Made by a program: the position numbers and the translations under genes
From: Mustelus asterias
Taxonomy: Eukaryota
Direction of reading: 5' to 3'
DNA length: 64,000 nt
Assembly: GCF_964213995.1 (NCBI RefSeq)
Contig: NW_027590284.1
Span: forward strand, 62,001 to 126,000
Shown here: positions 51,587 to 64,000 of the stretch, in pieces
Numbering within the stretch: position 1 is the stretch's first letter
Layout: each line of letters begins with the position of its first letter
Notes under the pieces: model-generated
Databases searched by the model: none
Seen by the model: only the letters and a program-made list of their open reading frames with translations
Told to the model about the DNA's origin: nothing

Positions 51587-52073
51587 AGTGGGAATTCTGT
51601 TCACAAACAGAGCATATAAAGACACAAACTCAATTTACATGAATAATGGTTGGAATGCGAATACTTACAACTAATCAAGTCTTTAAGAAACAAAACAATG
51701 TGAGTGGAGAGAGCATCAAGACAGGCTAAAAAGATGTGTATTGTCTCCAGACAAGACAGCCAGTGAAACTCTGCAGGTCCACGCAACTGTGGGAATTACA
51801 AATAGTGTGACATGAACCCAATATCCCGGTTGAGGCCGTCCTCGTGTGTGCGGAACTTGGCTATCAGTTTCTGCTCAGCGACTCTGCGCCGTCGTGTGTC
51901 GCGAAGGCCGCCTTGGAGAACGCTTACCCGAATATCAGAGGCCGAATGCCCGTGACCGCTGAAGTGCTCCCCAACAGGAAGAGAACAGTCTCGACAATCA
52001 CCAGTCTCACAACACCTGGTTAAAGTCCAATGGGTTTATTTGGAATCACGAGCTTTCAGAGCACTGCTCCTTC

Positions 52074-52110
52074 TCACCTGATGAAGGGGCAGTGCTCTGA
52101 AAGCTTGTGA
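52074..52110 (+). ncRNA. Minimal hammerhead ribozyme motif
   Basis: TCAC-CTGATGA-AGGGGC-AGT-GCTCT-GAAA-GC-TT-GTGA. Confidence 0.8.
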
Positions 52111-52850
52111 TTCCAAATAAACCTGTTGGACTTTAACCTGGTGTTGTCAGACTTCTTACTACATGGTGCATAATGGGTGTGTTATTTATGGATTTGTATT
52201 ACAGTTGATTTTGTTTAATTCCAGAATAGTATTGTAACTACACTGTATATTTTCCAGTCAAAGAGTCATCAGAGCACAAGATAAATCAGTTCAGCAGCTT
52301 GAGTCCGTGCCCAGTCTCTGTCGGGGAATCCACTCAGTGCCATTTTTCCTCGATATCCCTGTTCCCCAGTACGTTTCATTCCTTCAAGTGCCCGACCAAT
52401 TTTATTTTGAAATCACTGGTCGTCTCCACTTCCACCACTCTCATCGTCAGTGAGTTCCAGAACATGATTGCTTGCTCCCTAAGTCACGTTCTTCCGCACC
52501 CATCTGTATCTCTAATCATGTAATAGAGTTCTGAATATTGCATACATTTTTAGTCCACTAAATATGCAAATTTTTTATATGCTTAGACACAAGCCTGTGT
52601 GAAGATTTCGGGAATATGTGTCCTGTACATGAAACAGTCAGCACAGATCTGTCGATTAGGATGAATCAGCACCCTCAGGACAATGTCTATTTCAGGTCCA
52701 GCAAAGTGAGAATGGAGGGAGAGTGTTTGGGATGGAGATTTACAAATTTTCAAGAATGAGAGGAAAGAATGTTCCACAGAAACTAGGATTGACTGTTCTG
52801 AGTTTTTATCCTGTACTGACAGCAATGATTTTTGTGAATTTCTTTCACAG

Positions 52851-53130
52851 GCTATTAGAAGGGGAGAATTTACAGACACAAATCTCAACAAACATGACAT
52901 TAGGATCTGACAGTCACCCAATTATTTAGGATCTGAATACCATCGGCATTTGAAACTAGAATGGAAAATGTTTGTCTGTTCCTTCAAACTGTTTAAACAT
53001 CAGTGTGACCGGAAAATCACTGAGACACATACACTCGAGTGAGAGTATTCCAGTGAACTGACTGTGGAAAGAGCTTTAACCAGTTACACAGCCTGGAAAA
53101 GATCGAAGGATTCACAGTGAGGAGAGTGGC
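52851..53130 (+). pseudogene. Type-B ZNF exon truncated within the fossil-finger leader
   Basis: Acceptor tttcacag/GCTATTAGAAGG, then FQ*TDCGKSFNQLHSL; ends against the 3' UTR of the opposing gene. Confidence 0.75.
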
Positions 53131-53393
53131 CATGTATGTGTTACCTGTTATTATGTTTGAGATATTAAAAAGAGTCAACACAGTGTGTGAGTTTGACGCA
53201 AAGCTGATTTATTTGACTTTTAGTGATAATATTAGCCCCTAAAGTGGCTGGGGTTTATTACCAGTGTAAACGGACCCTAATGAAGATGGTTCAATCCTGA
53301 ATGTGAGGAACAGCAACATCCAATCACTGTGGTTACTTGTGAACTCACTGGAGTCTCAGCAGGTGGGATGAAGTCGTACATTCCTCCCCACAC

Positions 53394-54449
53394 TCAGAGC
53401 AGGTGAATGGTCTCTCCCCAGTGTGAATTCGTTGGTGTACAGAGAGTTGAGAAGATCGCACAAGATCGCACCAGTCCCACAGTGAGAGCACCTGAATCAG
53501 TGTGAACACGTTGATGTCGCGTCAGTTCCCCAGAACGTTTATAGCACTTCTCACAGTCTGGGCATTTAAAAGGTCTCTCGTCAGTGTGAACTCGCTGGTG
53601 TGCAGTTAGTTGAGTTGATTGTCTGAACCCAGTCCCACAGTGAGAGCATCTGAAAGGTCTCTCGTCAGTGTGAACACGTTGATGGGACATCAGTTTCTCA
53701 GAGGTTTTGTAGCATTTCTCACAGTTTGGACATTTAAAAGGTTTCTTGTCTGTGTGAACTCGCTGGTGTGTCAGCAGGATAGATGAGGTAGTGAATCCCT
53801 TCCCACATTCAGAGCAGATAAATGGCCTCTCCCCAGTGTGAACTCGCTGGTGTTTCAGCAGGTCAGATGACTGAATGAATCCCTTCCCACACACGGAGCA
53901 GGTGAACGGTCTCTCCCCAGAGTGAACTCGCTGGTGAACAGTGAGGTCAGACGATCGTCTGAACCCAGTCCCACAGTGAGAGCACCGGAACGGCCTCTCC
54001 TCAGTGTGAACACGTTGATGGCGCATCAGCTCCCCAGAACTTTTATAGCACTTCCCACAGTCTGGACACCTGAAAGGTCTCTCGTCAGTGTGAACTCGCT
54101 GGTGACTCAGCAGGTGGGCTGAAATAGTGAATCCCTTCCCACACTCAGAGCAGGTGAATGGTCTCTCGCTGGAGTGAACTCGCTGGTGTGTGAACAGAGA
54201 GGATGACTGAGTGAATCCCTTCCCACATGTGGAGCAGGTAAATGGCCTCTCCCCAGTGTGACTGCGCCAATGCATTTCCAGCTTGGATGGGGAAATGAAT
54301 CCCTTCCCACAGTCCCCACATTTCCACAGTTTCTCCTCAGTGTGACTGCGATTGTGTCTCCACAGGTCAGATGATTGTCTGAAGCCGTGTCCACACACAC
54401 AACACGTGTACGGATTCTTCCCACTGTGAAATGTGCTTTTTCCTTCCAT
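53394..54449 (-). CDS. Type-A C2H2 ZNF, 11 intact fingers; last two fingers lost by a frameshift near 53495
   Basis: [16 protein letters not shown]..; the ancestral HK* stop remains at ~53333. Confidence 0.82.
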   Translation of the reverse strand: MEGKSTFHSGKNPYTCCVCGHGFRQSSDLWRHNRSHTEEKLWKCGDCGKGFISPSKLEMHWRSHTGERPFTCSTCGKGFTQSSSLFTHQRVHSSERPFTCSECGKGFTISAHLLSHQRVHTDERPFRCPDCGKCYKSSGELMRHQRVHTEERPFRCSHCGTGFRRSSDLTVHQRVHSGERPFTCSVCGKGFIQSSDLLKHQRVHTGERPFICSECGKGFTTSSILLTHQRVHTDKKPFKCPNCEKCYKTSEKLMSHQRVHTDERPFRCSHCGTGFRQSTQLTAHQRVHTDERPFKCPDCEKCYKRSGELTRHQRVHTDSGALTVGLVRSCAIFSTLCTPTNSHWGETIHLL

Positions 54450-54511
54450 GTTCCAAATCTGATGATATCAAAGTTACGATAAATTGAGCCACTCCGTCAG
54501 CTTCCCAACGG

Positions 54512-54705
54512 CAAACTCTCCACTTCTGATACCCTGTAAAACTGATTTAAAACAGGAGACACGGAGTGAGAGAGAGAGAGCCCACAGAAACACACAGGCA
54601 GCTTGTCAAACTCTCCCCTTCTAACACCCTGTAAAACTGATTTAAAACAGGAGACACGGAGTGAGAGAGAGAGAGCCCACAGAAACACACAGGCAGCTTG
54701 TCAAA
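54512..54705 (-). repeat. 95-bp tandem duplication of the splice-acceptor region
   Basis: CCCTGTAAAACTGATTTAAAACAGGAGACACGGAG.. at 54532 and 54627. Confidence 0.92.
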
Positions 54706-54849
54706 TTAATCTGAATCAATCTGGGAATTTGTGGGGTCGGCGCTGAGAAACATTGACCATGAAAACTGCCAGATTGTCACAAAAACCCAACTGGCCTCTC
54801 TGGGAGGAGAGAGAAAGAGGTGAAGGAGAGGGATTTTGTATTTCTACAA

Positions 54850-55525
54850 GACATATTAAGAGAGTAATTAGCAAAGCAAATTTGACCCCGAGCTTCATAA
54901 AGTGTGATATTGGTCTATAAACAGGGAAGTTATTCTGAATATTTATAAAGCTCTGGTCACCGCTCTTCAGGAAGGGTATAAAGATCCTTGAGAAGATGCA
55001 GAGGAGATTTACCAGAATGGTTCCAGTAAAGGAAGTTGAGGGGAGATTTGATTCAGGTACACAAGATTCTGACAGGTTTCGATCAGGTGGATAAAGAAAA
55101 TCTGATTCCATTTGCTGATCGTACAAGGACCAGGGGGACAGATTTAAGGTTTTGGGTAAAACCTTGATTGAACCATATAAGATCCTGAGGGGACTTGACA
55201 GGGTGGATGTGGAAAGGACATTTCCTCTTGTGGGAGAATTTTAAACTCGGCACCACAAAGTAAGGGGTCACCCGTCTAAATTAGAGATGAGGATTTTTTT
55301 CTCAAAGGATTGTGAGACTTTGGAACATTCTTCCTGCAAAGGTGGTTGAGGCAGAGTCCTTGAATATCTTACAGCAGAGCTGGATAGGTTCTTGATAAGC
55401 AAGGAGGTGGAAGGTTATCGGGAGTAGGCAGGAACGTGAAGTTGAGATTAAAATTAGATCAGCCACAATCTTACTGAATGGGAGAGCGGGGCCGAGTGGC
55501 AGACTGCTGCTCCTAATTTGTATGT
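54850..55525 (+). mobile_element. Decayed CR1 3' fragments
   Basis: LEKMQRRFTRM..; 3' UTR GGCCGAGTGG..CTGCTCCTAATTTGTATGT. Confidence 0.7.
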
Positions 55526-55533
55526 AAACAGTT

Positions 55534-55600
55534 GCTTCTGTCGTGTTATCATGTTCGCTTCACACACGAAAGGTACCTGGTTCGAAATCGGGCCGAAACA
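55534..55600 (+). pseudogene. tRNA-Val(CAC) pseudogene
   Basis: GCTTCTGTCGTG-TTATCATGTTCGCTT-CAC-ACACGAAAGGTACCTGGTTCGAAATCGGGCCGAAACA aligns to vertebrate tRNA-Val, with ~6 nt of the D-arm/A-box deleted and several CpG-type transitions. Confidence 0.85.
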
Positions 55601-55689
55601 TTGTTGGATCTTTCTCATTAAACGTGAGCAAAGTCTACATGATTGCTCAACATTTTGCGAATCTCAATGTTACATCAACTCAAATGCTT

Positions 55690-56440
55690 CTATACAGTAA
55701 ATGGCAGAACCCTTAAGAGTATTGATAGGCAGAGGGATCTGGGTGTACAGGCACACAGGTCACTGAAAGTGGCAACGCAGGTGGAGAAGGTAGTCAAGAA
55801 GGCATACGGCATGCTTGTCTTCATTGGCTGGGGCATTGAGATTAAAAATTGGCAAGTAATATTGCAGCTATGTAGAACCTTAGTTAGGCCACACTTGGAA
55901 TATAGTGTTCAATTCTCGTCACCACACTACCAGAAGGATGTGGAGGCTTTGGAGAGGGTACAGAAAAGATTTACCAGGATGTTGCCTGGTATGGAGGGCA
56001 TTAGCTATAAGGAGAGGTTGGAGAAACTTGGCTTATTCTCACTGGAACGACGGAGACCTGATACAAGTCAACAAGATTATGAGGGGCATGGATACAGTGG
56101 ATAATCAGAAGCTTTTTCCCAAGGTAGAAGAGTCAATTATTAGGGGCACAGGTTTAAGGTGCGACGGGCAAATTTTAAAGGAGATGTACGAGGCAAGTGT
56201 TTTTACACAGAGGGTGGTGGGTGCTTGGAACTCTGCTGGGTGAGGTAGTGGAAGCAGATACGATAGTGACTTTTAAGGGGCATCTTGACAAATACATGAA
56301 TAGGATGGGAATAGAGGGATATGGTCCTTGGAAGGGTAGGGGGTTTTAATTCAGTCAGGCAGCAAGGTGGTGCAGGCTTGGAGGGCCAAAGGGTCTGTTC
56401 CTGTGCTGTAATTTTCTTTGTTCTTTGTTTTGTTCTTTAG
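55690..56440 (+). mobile_element. CR1/HER1 3' fragment, same subfamily as 18220-18970
   Basis: TVNGRTLKSIDRQRDLGVQ..RPHLEYSVQF; near-identical 3' UTR. Confidence 0.92.
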
Positions 56441-56809
56441 TACAGGAGATGTGAGGAAGAGTGTTTTTAGACAGTGAGGGCTAATGACCCAAAACTTGCT
56501 GCCCATGATTGGGGTTGAAATGGACATGATGAATAATTTCAAAAAGAAATAAGATAGACATTGGAGGAAAAGAAATCTGCAAAGATATGAGGATGGAATG
56601 GGACTGGATTGCCCTAGACAGATGGCATGGACTCAATGGGCCAAATGGCCTCCTCTGTGCTAAAACAACTTCCTGTAATCTCACATTGTAATATTACCTG
56701 TGGAGTTCAAATATCACTCAGGTAAATCTGTGCCACACTCCCTCCAAGGCCATTCTGTCCTTTCTAAGGTATGTTGCTCAGAACCAAGCACAGTTCTCCA
56801 GGATTTGTG

Positions 56810-57065
56810 AATCTCAGGACTTTTCCAGTCACACTGAGACCTGAAATCTTATCTCACACACAGAATCGACAAACCTGTTACCTTCCACATTCAGAAGCTG
56901 CTGATATTCAGGTCCTGATTTTTTTCAAGTGACTCCATCAGATCACGATGTGATGTTTGATTTGTGTTCCCTGTCTGTCAATTCTCCATTTCCAGCACCC
57001 TGTAAATTTACAGAAACCATCACTGTCTGTCCAGGATAGAAATTCACAACATTCTCTACTCCATA
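56810..57065 (-). pseudogene. Type-B ZNF acceptor/leader relic with no finger array
   Basis: Homologous to 36100-36330 and 13470-13710 (GAATTTCTATCCTGGAC..tttacag/GGTGCTGG..GGACCTGAATATCA..GAATGTGGAAGG). Confidence 0.7.
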
Positions 57066-57758
57066 ATCGCCAACTGTGATTCAATGTATTCCTGGAGGTT
57101 TTATCACATCTTTTATGTTGCCCCCATCCTCCAACCTCATTCCACACTGCCTTCCTCGGCCAATTGGAAAGCAAAAAGACTCATCACGTTACAGGACGAT
57201 TGATGGTCAACCAAACAACTTTTATCTATTGTCAATATTTTAATATCCAGTGTAGAGAAATATTCAAAACAAATTACAAAAAAGTATATTTTATAATGTC
57301 CAGACAATTTTCCAGAGATCCAGGTTTGAATCCCACAGTCCAAAGATGTGTCGGTTAGGTGGATTAGCCATGCTAAATGTACAGGGTTACAGGGATAGGG
57401 CTGGGTGATGGGCCAAATGGCTTCCTTCTGCACTGCGGGGATTGTATGATCCTATGGTATGGTGAATTTTGAATATAATTAAAATCTGGAACTAAAAGCC
57501 TACTGATGACCATGAAATCATTGTTCATTGTTGTAAAAACCCATCTAGTTCACTAATGTCATTGAGGGAAGGAAATCTGCTCTCCTTACCTGGTCTGGCC
57601 TATATGTGACTCCAGATCCACAGCAATGTGGTTGACTCTTAAAATGTCCTCTGAAACTTAGTTCAAGGACAAATAGGAATGGGTGATGAATGCTGGCCCA
57701 GCCAGGGACACCCACAGTGTGAATGAATTAGGAAAAATATCTGCCATCCTTACCCGGT

Positions 57759-57943
57759 CAAAGATGTGCGGGTTAGGTTGATTGGCCAGGTTAAAAATTG
57801 CCCCTTAGAGTCCTGAGATGCGTAGGTTAGTGGGATTAGCGGGTAAATATGTGGGGGTAGGGCCTGGGTGGGATTGTGGTCGGTGCAGACTCGATGGGCC
57901 GAATGGCCTCCTTCTGCACTGTAGGGTTTCTATGATTTCTATG
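57759..57943 (+). mobile_element. HE1 SINE 3' half
   Basis: CAAAGATGTGCGGGTTAGG..GAATGGCCTCCTTCTGCACTGTAGGGTTTCTATGATTTCTATGA. Confidence 0.85.
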
Positions 57944-58104
57944 AACTATATATCAAGAGCAATGTGGTTGACTCTTAAAATGCCCTGAGATGGCCAAGCA
58001 AACCACTCAGTTCAAGGACAATTAGGGATGGACAATAAATGCTGGCTCAGCCAGCAATTCCCACATTCCCTGGACGAATAAAAAATTCCTGGAGACTTCA
58101 GTCC

Positions 58105-58480
58105 AATCCGGGAGAGTTGGTAACTGGTCCAGGCTCATAACGCATGCGCCCTGCTGCACATTGTTCCTATAAAGATGGCGGCCGCTAACCCGGGCCTGGA
58201 GCCGCTCAGCTCCGACTCTGTTCTGTACCGATTGAAGCGATACCGGGAACATGTTATCTGAATTGGGGCATCCACTAGGTATTTATGAAGCCTCCCAGCC
58301 CACTCCGCTGCTTCTATCCCTCCCCGGTCACCCAGCGGCTCCATTACTGAACCTCACTCCATTGTTTCTTTCCGACTCCTCGCAGCTCCAGTCACAGCCC
58401 GGCCTGCGCATGCTCCGGTCAGAGTCAGACACTGCGCATGTTCCGGTCAGAGCCAGGTACTGCGCGTGCGCAAGAATTGC
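58105..58480. promoter_or_regulatory. CpG island, probable bidirectional promoter between the 53-57 kb(-) and 61.5 kb(+) ZNFs
   Basis: YY1 AAGATGGCGGC (58172); NRF1-like CGCATGCGC (58141), TGCGCATG (58405, 58433) and TGCGCGTGCGCA (58461). Confidence 0.7.
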
Positions 58481-59119
58481 AGTAATGTGGATAGGACACA
58501 GTCTCACCCGCAGAGAATGTTGGGTAACCACCTCGCCATTCAAACCCATATTGTTCAATAGAAAATACGATTTGCGATCTGATTATGATTGGTACCATTG
58601 GGCCAAGGTTCAAATGTGTTACTTCAATTCATTTGGCAACTAAGCAGCATAGGCCTTCCAGCACATTTTTGTCCTGGGTGTGATTGACAACATAACAATC
58701 ACCTGCATTTAGATGTGAACTCGCTGGGGTGAACAAGTGATTTGTGCCCTCTTGGACAGAACAGTTAAACTATCCGTCACCAATAAGAGGGGTAGTTAAA
58801 ATGCTTTGAGCTTTTAAAGTTATAGATTGTTAACCACTGAGGAAATCCCTTTGCGAACGTTAAGTGTTTGAGTGGTCTTCCTCTGGTGTAATTCTGCTGT
58901 TCTATCGGTAAATGGGATGACTGAGTGAATCAATTTTCACATTCAGCTGGGAAATAATTTGTTGATGGTGGGATTTAATCCAAAGGTTTACAGCTCAGAC
59001 GGGAATCTCAAAAATTGGGCAAAAAATGCTGGCCTTGCCAGCAATGCCCACACCCCACGAATTATTATTATTTTTAAATAGTTCCTTTTGAAGTGCTCTC
59101 CATCTCCCTGTCTCCTTCC

Positions 59120-60060
59120 TCAAAGCATCAAACTTAAGGGAAAAGCATATAGCTACACAGAGGTGAGTGGCAGGTCAGATGATTGGCTGGAATATAAAGA
59201 ACAGTAGAGAATTACTAAAAGGTTAATTGGAAGAAAAACATTAGAGTATGAGAGGAAGTTAGCTGTTAATGTAAAAATGAATAGCAAGAGTTTCTATAGG
59301 TATTCGAAAAGGAAAAGAGGAATAAGGTGAGTGTTGGCTCTCAAGAGAATGAGAATGGGGAGTAATAGTAGATAATAAATGGCCAATGAAATAAACAAAT
59401 CTTTGCTTCTGTCTTCACTGTAGAAAATACAAAACCAGCCAGTCCTAGCTGTAAATCAGGAGGTGGAAGGGAGAGTGAACTAGGAGAAATTACAATGACG
59501 TGGGAAGCTGTACTGAGCTGCAGCTGACAAGTCTCTGGGTCACGATGGAATTCATCCTAGCATCTTAAGAAGGTGGTTAATGAGATAGTGACAGTAGATT
59601 TGTTGGTGTTAATTTTCCAAAGTTCCCTAGATTCTGGAGAGGTTCCATCAGACTGGAAAGTAGCAAATATAAGCCCTCTAATTCAAGAATGGATGGTGGC
59701 ATGAGACAGGAAATTTAGGCCAGTTAGATAGACATCTGTTGTGGGGAAGATGTTAGAATCAATCATTAAAGAGGTTATAGCTGGCCACTTTGGAAAAACT
59801 CAAGGTAATCAGGAAGAGTTAGCATGGTTTAATGAAAGGGAAATTGTGTTTAACCAATTGGAGTTCTTTGAAGAAGTAACGTGTGGATAGAAGGGAACCT
59901 GTGGATCTTCTGAATTGAATTCCAGAAAACATGTGATAAGGTTCCACATCAAAGGTTATCATGGAAAACGAAATCTAGTAGTGCAGGGGGTAACATATTA
60001 CCCCCTGCACTGCTTCTGATAGAAGATTGGCTGTCAGAAAGTAGAGAGAATGCATATTTA
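59120..60060 (+). mobile_element. Old CR1 RT fragment
   Basis: DKSLGHDGIHP, VPSDWKVANI and FQKTCDKVPHQRL remnants. Confidence 0.75.
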
Positions 60061-61533
60061 TTGTTTAAAATGGGAATGGAGGTGAATGTAATGCTGAGAC
60101 CGGTAGCAATCTGTGTGGTTGTTCTTGATGCTGTCAGGGTGAGTTCACCCTCACAGGAAGGAAGACTGTTCATGGTGATAACATCAAACTGACGCCGGCT
60201 GTTTCATTCTCAGGTAACACAACTTCCTGTTTCTCTGCTGCCGGTTCCAAACCTCACATCTCACTTCTGAGCAGAAAATAAATCCAGGGACCACAATCTG
60301 GTGAGAACATCTGTCAATGCGGCCTATATCTGTCCACAGAGTCAGGGCAGAGTCACACAGATCACATTGCGGTGACATTTACAAATGAGCCTATTATTTC
60401 TGTTCAGAGTTTCCATTCCCAGATATAACTGGCTGTGTTTGTGGATCAGTCAGAGTTCGCTCTGATCCCCATAGCCGGGAACTGATAGCCTGCTCCCTTA
60501 TATTTTATATCATTGTGTGTTGCTTGTTTCCTGTTTCTCAGCTTTTATCTTTGACAACCTCATCTTTCTGCTTTTTAAAATCTCTCTCAATTTTTCTCTC
60601 AGTCTTTCTGTCTCTCCTCTGTATCTTTCTCAGGCTCTGTGTGTTCCTATTTCATCGAGATGTTCAAAATCATGAAGGGTTTCTGATTGATTATAGAAGG
60701 AAAATCGGGGAGAAAAACAGAAAACCTCGGCAGGTCCTGCAGCATCTGTTCAGAGAGAAACAGTTAACATTTTGAGTCCATATGATTCTTCAGGACAGGA
60801 AAAACGTGGGTTTTTAGATCAGGGAATATGATGGGGAGATTTAATAGAGATGTTTAAAATGACAAATGATTTATGATAGTGTCAATGGAGAGGAACTGTT
60901 TCCCAGGAGCAGGAGGATCTGTCGATGGAGAGAATCTATTTCCCAGGAGCAGGAGGGTCTGTAAGCAGAGGACAAAGAGATTTAACATAATTGACAGCCT
61001 AACTGGAGGGCATGATAAGGAGATTGTTTTACACAATAATTTGATGTGATCTGAAATGCACAAACTGACAGCTGCTAGAAGCAGGTTTAATAGTAACTTT
61101 CAAAGGGAATGGGATAAATACTTGCAGACGGTAAATTGGCAGAGTTATGGTGAATGGGATTAATTGGACAGTTAACTCGTCTTTGTGACATTCTGAATAT
61201 TCTATTTGACTTAAAGTGACTTTGTGTGGAATTTGCACATTCTCTCCATGTCCACATGGAGAAGCAATTGGGTTTTTATGACAATCCAGCAGCTTCATGG
61301 TGACTTTTTCCTCCTGCTGGCCCCAGAAATTACCAGATTCATTCAGCTCACTTTGACAACCTGCCTTTGTGTTGTTGTGGGTTCTCTCTCACTCCCTTTT
61401 TTCTGTTTTAAATCAATTTCACAGGGTTTTAGAAGGGGAGGATTTGTGGTCTGGAAACTCAAACAAAACATCACATCAGGATCTGACGGAGTCACTCTTA
61501 ATATCGTAGCCTGAATATCACTGGACTTTGAAC

Positions 61534-62484
61534 ATGGAAGGAGAAAGCATTCGTCACAGTGGGGAGAAACCATACACGTGTTCTGTGTGTGGACGAGGCT
61601 TCAACCAATCATCTGATCTGTCAAAGCACGAATGCAGTCACAGCGGGGGGATGACTTGGAAATGTGAGGAATGTGCAGCAGTATTCAGCTCCTCAGCTGA
61701 GCTGGAAACTCACCAGTGTGCTCACACTGGGGAAAGACCAATCAGCTGCTCTGAGTGTGGGAAAGGATTCAGTCACTTATCCCAGCTAATGATACACCAG
61801 CGAGTTCACACTGGGGAGAGACCATTCACCTGTTGAGTGTGGGAAGAAATTCACTCAGTCATCCAACTTACGGACACACCAGCGAGTTCACTCAGGGGAG
61901 AAACCATTTACCTGCTCCAGATGTGGAAAGAAATTCCCTCATTTGTCTCATCTGCTGGCTCACCAGCAAGTTCACACTGACCAGAAACCTTTTAAATGTT
62001 CAGACTGCGGGAAATGTTTTAAAAGTTCCAGGGAACTGTTGTCCCATCAATGTGTTCACACTGATGAGAAACATTCAGGTGCTCTCACTGTGGGACTGGG
62101 TTCAGACATTCATCTCATCTCACTGTACACCAGCGGGTTCACACTGGGGAGAGGCCGTTCACCTGCTCTGACTGTGGGAAGGGATTCACTCAGTTATCCA
62201 ACCTGCTGACACACCAGCGAGGCCACACTGAAGAGAAACCGTTTACCTGTTCCCAATGTGGGAAGGGATTCACTCGATCATCTGACCTCCTGACACATCA
62301 GCTTGTTCACACTGGGGAGAGACCGTTCACATGCTCCAAGTGTGGAAAGGGATTCACTACCTCATCGCACTTGCTGAGACACCAGCGAATTCACTCTGGC
62401 GAGAGGTGGTTCATCTGCTCCGAGTGTGGGAAGGGATTCACTCAGTCATCTGTCCTGCTGACCCACCAGCGAATTCATGAGTAA
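61534..62484 (+). pseudogene. Type-A C2H2 ZNF, ~11 fingers, frameshifted near 61835 and 62070
   Basis: [16 protein letters not shown]..; the frame breaks at TGT-TGA-GTGT; terminal HE* at 62484; acceptor at ~61424. Confidence 0.82.
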
Positions 62485-62874
62485 CTACAATGATTAGATT
62501 TTGTGGTTAATCAAGTCAGGAATGAACATTGCTGATCAGGGTCTATTTCTGCTGATGTTAATAAACTCCAGCCTACTTATAGATGTTAATATTCTCGATA
62601 AAAGTCAAATAAATCAGCTTTGTGTAAAATACCAATGTCTGAATCGTTTAACATCACAAACACAAGTTAGTTCCTTTTCAAAGGCTCCCTCAAGCTCGCC
62701 GCCCTCTCCAACACTCTCTCCTGGTTAAGGGTGATTGTTAAAATCTGCCTCTCCAATCAAGGTTTTGTCCATTTATCCGAATATTGTCCCATGTGACTCC
62801 GTGTCAGTTCTTTCTTTCTCAAACTCCTCTGAAGCATAGTGGAATGTTTTGTTACATTAAACATGTTCTATAAA

Positions 62875-63372
62875 GACATAAGAACTAGGAGCAGGTGTAG
62901 GCCATCTGGCCCCTCGAGCCTGCTCCGCCATTCAATAAGATCATTGATCTTTTTGTGGACTCCGCTCCACTTACCCGCCCACTGACCATAACCCTTAATT
63001 CATTTACTGTTCAAACTTATCTATCTGGCCTTAAAATCATTCAATGAGGTAGCCTCAACTGCTTCAGTTATTTTGAGGCCATGACCCCTAGTTCTAGTTT
63101 CACCTGCCAATGGAAACAACCTCCTTATTTCTATCTTATCCATTCCATTCATAATCTTATATGTTTCTATAAGATCTCCCCTCATTCTTCTGAATTCCAA
63201 TGAGTATAGTCCTAGTCTACTTAGTCTTTCCCCATAAGCCAACCCTCTCAATTCCAGAATCAACCTCATGAATTTCCTCTGCACCCCCTCCAGTGTCAGG
63301 ATATCCTTTCTCAAATAAGGAGACCAAAACTGTACATAGTACTCCAGGTGTGGCCTCACCAACACCTTATAC
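62875..63372 (-). mobile_element. CR1 3' fragment
   Basis: YKVLVRPHLEYYVQFWSPYLRKD..RMRGDLIETYKI. Confidence 0.88.
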
Positions 63373-64000
63373 ACGTTGTTACTGTTTCTCAAGTCAGTTT
63401 GTACACAGTAAGATTCCACGAACAGCAGTCAGACCGATTAACCCATGGTGGTGTTATTTAAGACAGGAATGTTGGTCCCGCTGCAGCAGGAGAACTCCCC
63501 TGTGGACAGTATGTGGAGTTGTTGAGCTCTCCTGAGCTGAGACTGGAGCTGATCGAGCTGTCAGGCCTGCAGTGGACCTTGAAGAACCGCTGTCTGGGAT
63601 CTTTCCTCTCAATTCACTGATTCAAATCTTTTTGGCCAACCAAATAAACTAACTTAAATTTCAATTCACTCACTCCCAGCTTAAGTTGTTCCTGATCAGT
63701 CACGTAATTAACTTTGAACATCAATCCCTATTTAACCTTTGGAGCAAAATCTACAAAATCAAAATCAGCTGTAAAAGAGAAAGAAAGTTATTGTGTTCAT
63801 TCAGAAACATTCACCCCCTCAGAGCATCCCAGAGTGATTCACAGTGAATGATAGATTTTGGAAGGAAGGATGAGGAGAGGCAGAATAAACTAAATGGGAC
63901 AATTTTAAACAGAGTGCAGGAATGCAGTGACTTGGGAATGGATGTACACAAATGCTTTACTGTGACAGGACAAGTTGATCAAGCTGTTTAACTATAAAAC

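Larger units (their letters stand above)
51453..52160 (-). mobile_element. Penelope-like 3' end (GIY-YIG tail plus pLTR) followed by a ~150 bp pLTR hairpin
   Basis: Minus strand reads GEHFSGHGHSASDIRVSVLQGG..KLIAKFRTHEDGLNRDIGFMSHY; 52003-52152 is self-complementary. Confidence 0.88.

Noticed and set aside
60070-60490. Possible further signal-peptide exon plus intron like the env relic (MLRPVAICVVVLDAVR/GTGAGT..TTCTCAG/GTAAC)
   Set aside because: I could not find a fusion-peptide-like motif or nucleotide homology to 27430-27600.

Overview
Vertebrate genomic DNA, almost certainly from an elasmobranch (shark/ray), judged from abundant HE1-type V-SINEs and CR1/HER1-like LINEs. The window is a tandem cluster of C2H2 zinc-finger genes with TGEKP-type linkers: 11 finger arrays (about 4 clean ORFs, 2 open but lacking the family start codon, about 5 frameshifted) plus several relics. 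Each coding region lies in one terminal exon with no visible KRAB/SCAN/BTB domain. There are two subfamilies. Type A starts MEG(K/N)STVHSGEK. Type B starts MEKPWKC and is preceded by three fossil fingers in the 5' leader, with an invariant TGA at a zinc-ligand Cys. Most genes sit head-to-head around CpG-rich bidirectional promoters (NRF1, YY1, CCAAT and GC-box motifs), and much of 1-24.5 kb is paralogous to 48-64 kb. Between the genes are CR1, L2 and Rex1/Babar LINE pieces, SINEs, Penelope-like elements carrying minimal hammerhead ribozyme motifs, a deleted LTR retrotransposon (LTR, iMet-like PBS, integrase), probable relics of a retroviral envelope gene, a tRNA-Val pseudogene and minisatellites. 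All calls were made by eye. Repeat boundaries are approximate and family names need database confirmation.
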